NCBI GenBank assembly: GCA_963827655.1
Contig: CAWHCF010000023.1
Location: 128,001 to 192,000, forward strand
Length of the DNA: 64,000 nt
Reading direction: 5' to 3'
Source of the DNA: an uncultured Acidobacteriota bacterium
Lineage (GTDB): Bacteria; Acidobacteriota; UBA6911
Shown: one piece after another, positions 60,307-64,000 of the stretch
How positions within the stretch are numbered: position 1 is the first letter of the stretch
Layout: each line of letters starts with the position of its first letter
Position numbers and translations under genes: made by a program
The notes under the pieces: model-generated
Database searches by the model: none
What the model was told of the DNA's origin: nothing
Seen by the model: the letters and a program-made list of their open reading frames with translations, nothing else

Positions 60307-61052
60307 ATGAGCGAAATCGGGTTGACGCGCCGTGAGATTCTGCGGCTCATGGGCGCGCCGTTTCTGGTGAATCTTTGGTTGGGGGAAGATCCATGGCTGC
60401 GCCTGAAAAACTGATATCCGCGACCAATGCCGTGGATCATCTTCTGCTCGGGGCTTCCGATCTCGATCAAGGCATTGCCTGGGTCGAGAAGACAACCGGC
60501 GTAAAGGCCGTTGCCGGCGGCAGCCATCCCGGCGTCGGCACGCGCAATGCGCTGTTATCGCTGGGCGGAAAACAGTATCTCGAAATCATCGCGCCTGATC
60601 CGGCGCAGACCGCGTTCAACTTTCAGATTGATGTCAGGAAGCTGGCTGTGCCTCGATTGATCACCTGGGCGGCGGTTACCACAGACGTCAACGCGGTTGC
60701 CAAAATCGCGCGAGAGGCGGGCCATCAAATCTTCGGGCCGCGCGACGGTTCGCGCGCAAGACCAGATGGAAAAACCCTCAAATGGAAGACGATGGGAGTG
60801 ATGAATACTCTCGGCGTTCAGGGTGTCGAACCGGTTCCATTCTTTATCGAATGGGCTGCGGACTCGCTCCATCCGTCCCAGGATTCATCAAAAGGATGCC
60901 GGCTGAGTTCGATTGAGTTGGAACATCCTGACCCTGCTGCCGTGCGGGAGATGCTGGGGAAACTCGGCATCGAGATCGAGGTGAAACCGGCGAAGGAAGC
61001 GCGCCTGAAAGCCGCGCTCGATACGCCCAAAGGGAGAGTCGTACTGAGCTGA
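60307..61052 (+). CDS. VOC/Glyoxalase_3 protein with a probable Tat signal, frameshift in the G run near 60383
   Basis: MSEIGLTRREILRL, then VDHLLL..GGSHPGVGTRNALL..YLEIIAPDP..PFFIEW. Confidence 0.8.
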
Positions 61053-61104
61053 TTTTAAACAACTACCACCAGGACACCAAGACACGAAGAAACAAGCGCA
61101 CGCT

Positions 61105-61900
61105 TCACCGCCCGGGGTCCCGCCGGGCCTTGCGTCCGTAGCCCAGTTCCGCGCCGCCCGAAAGAATGTGATCCACGCCCGTGGTAAAGGTCGCCTCCGC
61201 CGCAATGAAGAGGCACAGCCTGCCGGCCTCCTCGATGGTGCCCATCCGACCGAACAGCTGGGCCGCATCACCATCGGCGCGGCACTTTGCCGGATCGGGC
61301 GCGGCATCGATCGCTTCCTGCCACAACGGCGTATAGATATTCCCCGGCGACACTGAATTGACGCGCACCCCGTGGATGGCTTCATCGATTGCGAGAGCCT
61401 TGGTGAAACCCGTGATCGCGCCCTTGGTCGCGACATAGGTTGTGGCATGGAGCTGGCCCATGGCTTCCTACCAGGCTCGACATATTGATGATGTTGCCTT
61501 TGGATTTGCGCAGGTGCGGGAGGGCGAATTTGCACGCGGCAAAGAGGCTGACCAGGTTGAGCTCGAGAAGATCTCGAAAATCCTGGATCGAGAATTCATC
61601 AATCGCTTTGTGGGGCGGGTGCCAGCCGGCATTGTTGACCAGACAGTCGATGCGCCCGAATCGGGCGACCGTTGAATCGATCAGGTTGCGAACATCCTCC
61701 ACCTTCGAGACATCGCATTGGACGAAGTGGGCCTGGCCGGGACCTCTGGCGTTCAGCTCTTCCGCCAGGGCGTCCCCTTCGTCCTTCCCCCGCGAGCAGA
61801 ACACCACTTTCGAGCCCGCCTCGACAAACACCTGCACGCAACCCTTGCCAATCCCCTTGCTGCCGCCGGTGATGACTGCGACCTTGTCCTGATACCGCAT
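61105..61900 (-). CDS. SDR oxidoreductase, HSD17B14 / L-fucose dehydrogenase-like, frameshift near 61462
   Basis: TGGSKGIG, NNAGWHPP, YVATKGA, SPGNIYTPLW, SGGAELGYG. Confidence 0.82.
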
Positions 61901-62083
61901 GCCCTTCATCTTCGCAGACCCTCTCAGCAACGTAAACGCCGATTCGGAGCCCAACCACACCCCGACGCAGTTTGAAGAATTAGCGACGGCGTCATTGTTG
62001 TCGGTGGATGCAAGCATACACGAAGGGCCCACTGCGAATCGCATCTTATCGTGCCATCTCGCTTGCGAATTCCTGGGTACTCA

Positions 62084-62345
62084 GTAAAGCCGATCGATAC
62101 GGCGCCCTTCTACGCGGCCCAGTTCTTTCCCATCACGCGCAAGAGCATGGGCGGGGTCGACGTGGATCTCGACTGCCGCGTGCTGGACATATCGGGCAAG
62201 ATGATTCCTGGTTTCTACGCTGTGGGCGAGGTCACCGGCTTCGGCGGGATCAACGGAAGGGCGGCGCTCGAGGGCACGCTCCTGGGCCCGGGCATCTACA
62301 TGGGTTGGATTGCCGGGCGCAGGATTGCACAGGGGCTCGCGTCGC
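62084..62345 (+). pseudogene. C-terminal fragment of an FAD_binding_2 dehydrogenase
   Basis: PFYAAQFFPITRKSMGGVDVD..RVLD..G..IPGFYAVGEVTGFGG..G...LEGTLLG; no N-terminus. Confidence 0.65.
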
Positions 62346-62439
62346 GCCCGCCTCCTCAGCCGCCTTTTTCCGACAGAACCGCCCGGACCGGCGCCGGCGG
62401 GCTCCGCCGTCGAGCCGGTGGTTCCCGCCGGGTGGGACC

Positions 62440-62660
62440 ACGACCGCGCGGCGGCCGCCGTCTCGACCTTGCGCGCAAACTCCGCGGGGTCGGCGCGGAT
62501 CAGGTCGAACGTGTCGTAGTGCATCAGGATGTTCACGCGCGCGCCATGAGGAACTCCGTCGCCTTGACCGCGTCGTCGATCCCCATCGTGAAGTTGTCGC
62601 CGATCGGCAACAGCGCTGCGTCGAGCGGGCCGCAGGTCTCGGCGATCAGCTTCATGTCGT
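62440..62660 (-). pseudogene. C-terminal fragment of an MBL-fold metal-dependent hydrolase (UPF0173-like)
   Basis: [34 protein letters not shown], then NILMHYDTFDLIRADPAEF. Confidence 0.65.
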
Positions 62661-62665
62661 CTTGA

Positions 62666-62762
62666 GCTGGAAATCCAAATCGATGCGCTGGATGCTGCCC
62701 ACGCGCAGGGCATCATCACGGCCACGGCGACCTCAAGCCGGCGGACATCTTTGTTACCCAGC
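62666..62762 (+). pseudogene. Short degenerate fragment of a Ser/Thr protein kinase catalytic loop
   Basis: [15 protein letters not shown]..(H)GDLKPADIFVT resembles DALDAAHxxGIIHRDLKPANIFVT. Confidence 0.55.
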
Positions 62763-64000
62763 GCGCCGCCGCGCAACGATCAGATCGACCGGAATACCTC
62801 CAGCATCCACTCTTCGGGTGGAGACGATCTTCAGACCGTGAATTCCCGAAAGACCTGGGGGCCGGAAGACGACCAGCCACCCGTCATCGAGCAATACGTA
62901 GAGAGCCAGAGAATTCAATGCGGCATGGAGTCTGCGGGCCGTAGCGACGTTAGCCACGCGTCGTCCGTAGGGAGGATTTGTCAGGATAATATTCACGCGC
63001 CGACTTAGCCATTGCCGGCCGGCATCGGCCTGGGTCAGGATCACCCGGTTGAACCCCCGAAGGTTCTGACTTGCTGCTTCGAGCGCTGTCACGTCAATGT
63101 CGCCGCCAATGAGTCGGTCATAAGGACCACGAAGGGCGCGCTCGGCGAGCAGAACGCCGCTGCCGCAGAACGGGTCCAGGACGATATCCGTCGCATCCAC
63201 AGGCACACAGCGCGCCGCCGCTGCCGCCAATGTAGGGTGAAGGGAAGCAGGAATGTCGGCCTCTCGATAAAGGAATCGATCATCTTTCACCATCGGTCGG
63301 CAACCCAACAAAATGCCTCGTTTGTACCGTCGAACAATGATTTCCCAGGAGTAGCCAGTCGCCGCATTCACCAAGCCGCGACACGCAGCGGCAAATTGTG
63401 AAATCCAATCCCGCTTCCGAGGCCGCCCAGGAAGTACGTTCTGCAGCGTGAGTCGGTAACGCGGAGTGTCCGATCCGGTTAGTCTGGCAAGTTCTTTGGC
63501 GGCAGATGATGAAGAAAAATGCTGACCTAGAACCGAGGGGTCGAGAGCATCATCTTCGAAGGTGATTACTGGGAAGAGCGCAGTTCGAATCGGCAGAAGC
63601 TGAGCCAGAGTTGGCGCGCCACCGATCACGACTCTATCGACTCCAGTCGCCCTCACTTGGAGACTTCGGTCGACAACTTCCTCTGCCACCAGATTGCCGA
63701 GTCCGCTACGACACCATAGTTCCACACCGGCTCCTAACTTGATGGCGATCTGGGTATCTATAGGGTCGGCCACACCAGCCGCACCGCGGAAACGGTCGAA
63801 TACCTTCTGAACGGCGGCCTTTTCACTTTGCGTGTCGAAATCGATCGACTTCAGAATCGTGACATCTTCCGCTAATGCGACCTTTCCGAACGCCAGGACC
63901 AACGATACTCTGACTCGCTCGTCAGTTTCCTTGTTCAGTGCCTCGACAATATGGGCTAGCGATGCTCGATCTTCCAGTTTTCCCAGACCTACCGCCGCAT
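62754..64000 (-). CDS. HEAT-repeat plus THUMP/UPF0020-type SAM methyltransferase (5' end outside the window)
   Basis: AAVGLGKL..ALNKETDERVRVSLVLAFGK; YREADIPASLHPTLAAA, LDPFCGSG, GGDID, TNPPYG. Confidence 0.8.
   Translation of the reverse strand, partial: AAVGLGKLEDRASLAHIVEALNKETDERVRVSLVLAFGKVALAEDVTILKSIDFDTQSEKAAVQKVFDRFRGAAGVADPIDTQIAIKLGAGVELWCRSGLGNLVAEEVVDRSLQVRATGVDRVVIGGAPTLAQLLPIRTALFPVITFEDDALDPSVLGQHFSSSSAAKELARLTGSDTPRYRLTLQNVLPGRPRKRDWISQFAAACRGLVNAATGYSWEIIVRRYKRGILLGCRPMVKDDRFLYREADIPASLHPTLAAAAARCVPVDATDIVLDPFCGSGVLLAERALRGPYDRLIGGDIDVTALEAASQNLRGFNRVILTQADAGRQWLSRRVNIILTNPPYGRRVANVATARRLHAALNSLALYVLLDDGWLVVFRPPGLSGIHGLKIVSTRRVDAGGIPVDLIVARRRAG

Noticed and set aside
365-61095. 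Recurrent short repeats as a CRISPR array
   Set aside because: They are dispersed and degenerate, with no constant repeat and unique-spacer periodicity and no cas genes

Overview
GC-rich bacterial window, most consistent with an Acidobacteriota genome (inferred from the gene order nusB-lysS-lolCE-lolD-clpC-bamA-skp-fabZ-lpxA-lpxI and from Oar-like TonB-dependent receptors). Many single-base frameshifts suggest an unpolished long-read assembly. Bases 1-18.8 kb are core envelope and translation genes, including a TonB/TolA-like protein with a duplicated SxxxH membrane anchor. The best candidate for an undescribed system is 19.1-37.4 kb. It holds a non-canonical succinate-dehydrogenase-like complex in the order B-C-D-A, whose flavoprotein lacks the covalent-FAD His and carries a Thr-to-Glu change at the substrate site. 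That complex is coupled to a divergent two-subunit class I fumarase-like hydratase, DUF3830, an atypical enolase-superfamily enzyme, a TonB-dependent receptor, a secreted six-hairpin-like protein, an atypical Tat-exported GGT-family hydrolase and an IclR regulator. Three of its transcription units carry the same 16-bp palindrome, GTTCA-N6-WGAAC. A DUF3626-like two-gene module sits inside the region. Bases 37.5-64 kb are accessory: oxidoreductases, an ECF sigma cassette, a group II intron/ISAzo13 relic, a decayed toxin-antitoxin pair, a type III restriction/UvrD deletion chimera, a second TonB receptor, a PVC-type dehydrogenase ending in a cupredoxin domain, an HSD17B14-like SDR, a mosaic of gene fragments and a HEAT-methyltransferase. 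Intergenic DNA is rich in MITEs, nested REP-like elements and short-period repeat hairpins. No rRNA, tRNA or CRISPR array was seen. All calls are from reading the sequence by eye; no searches were run.
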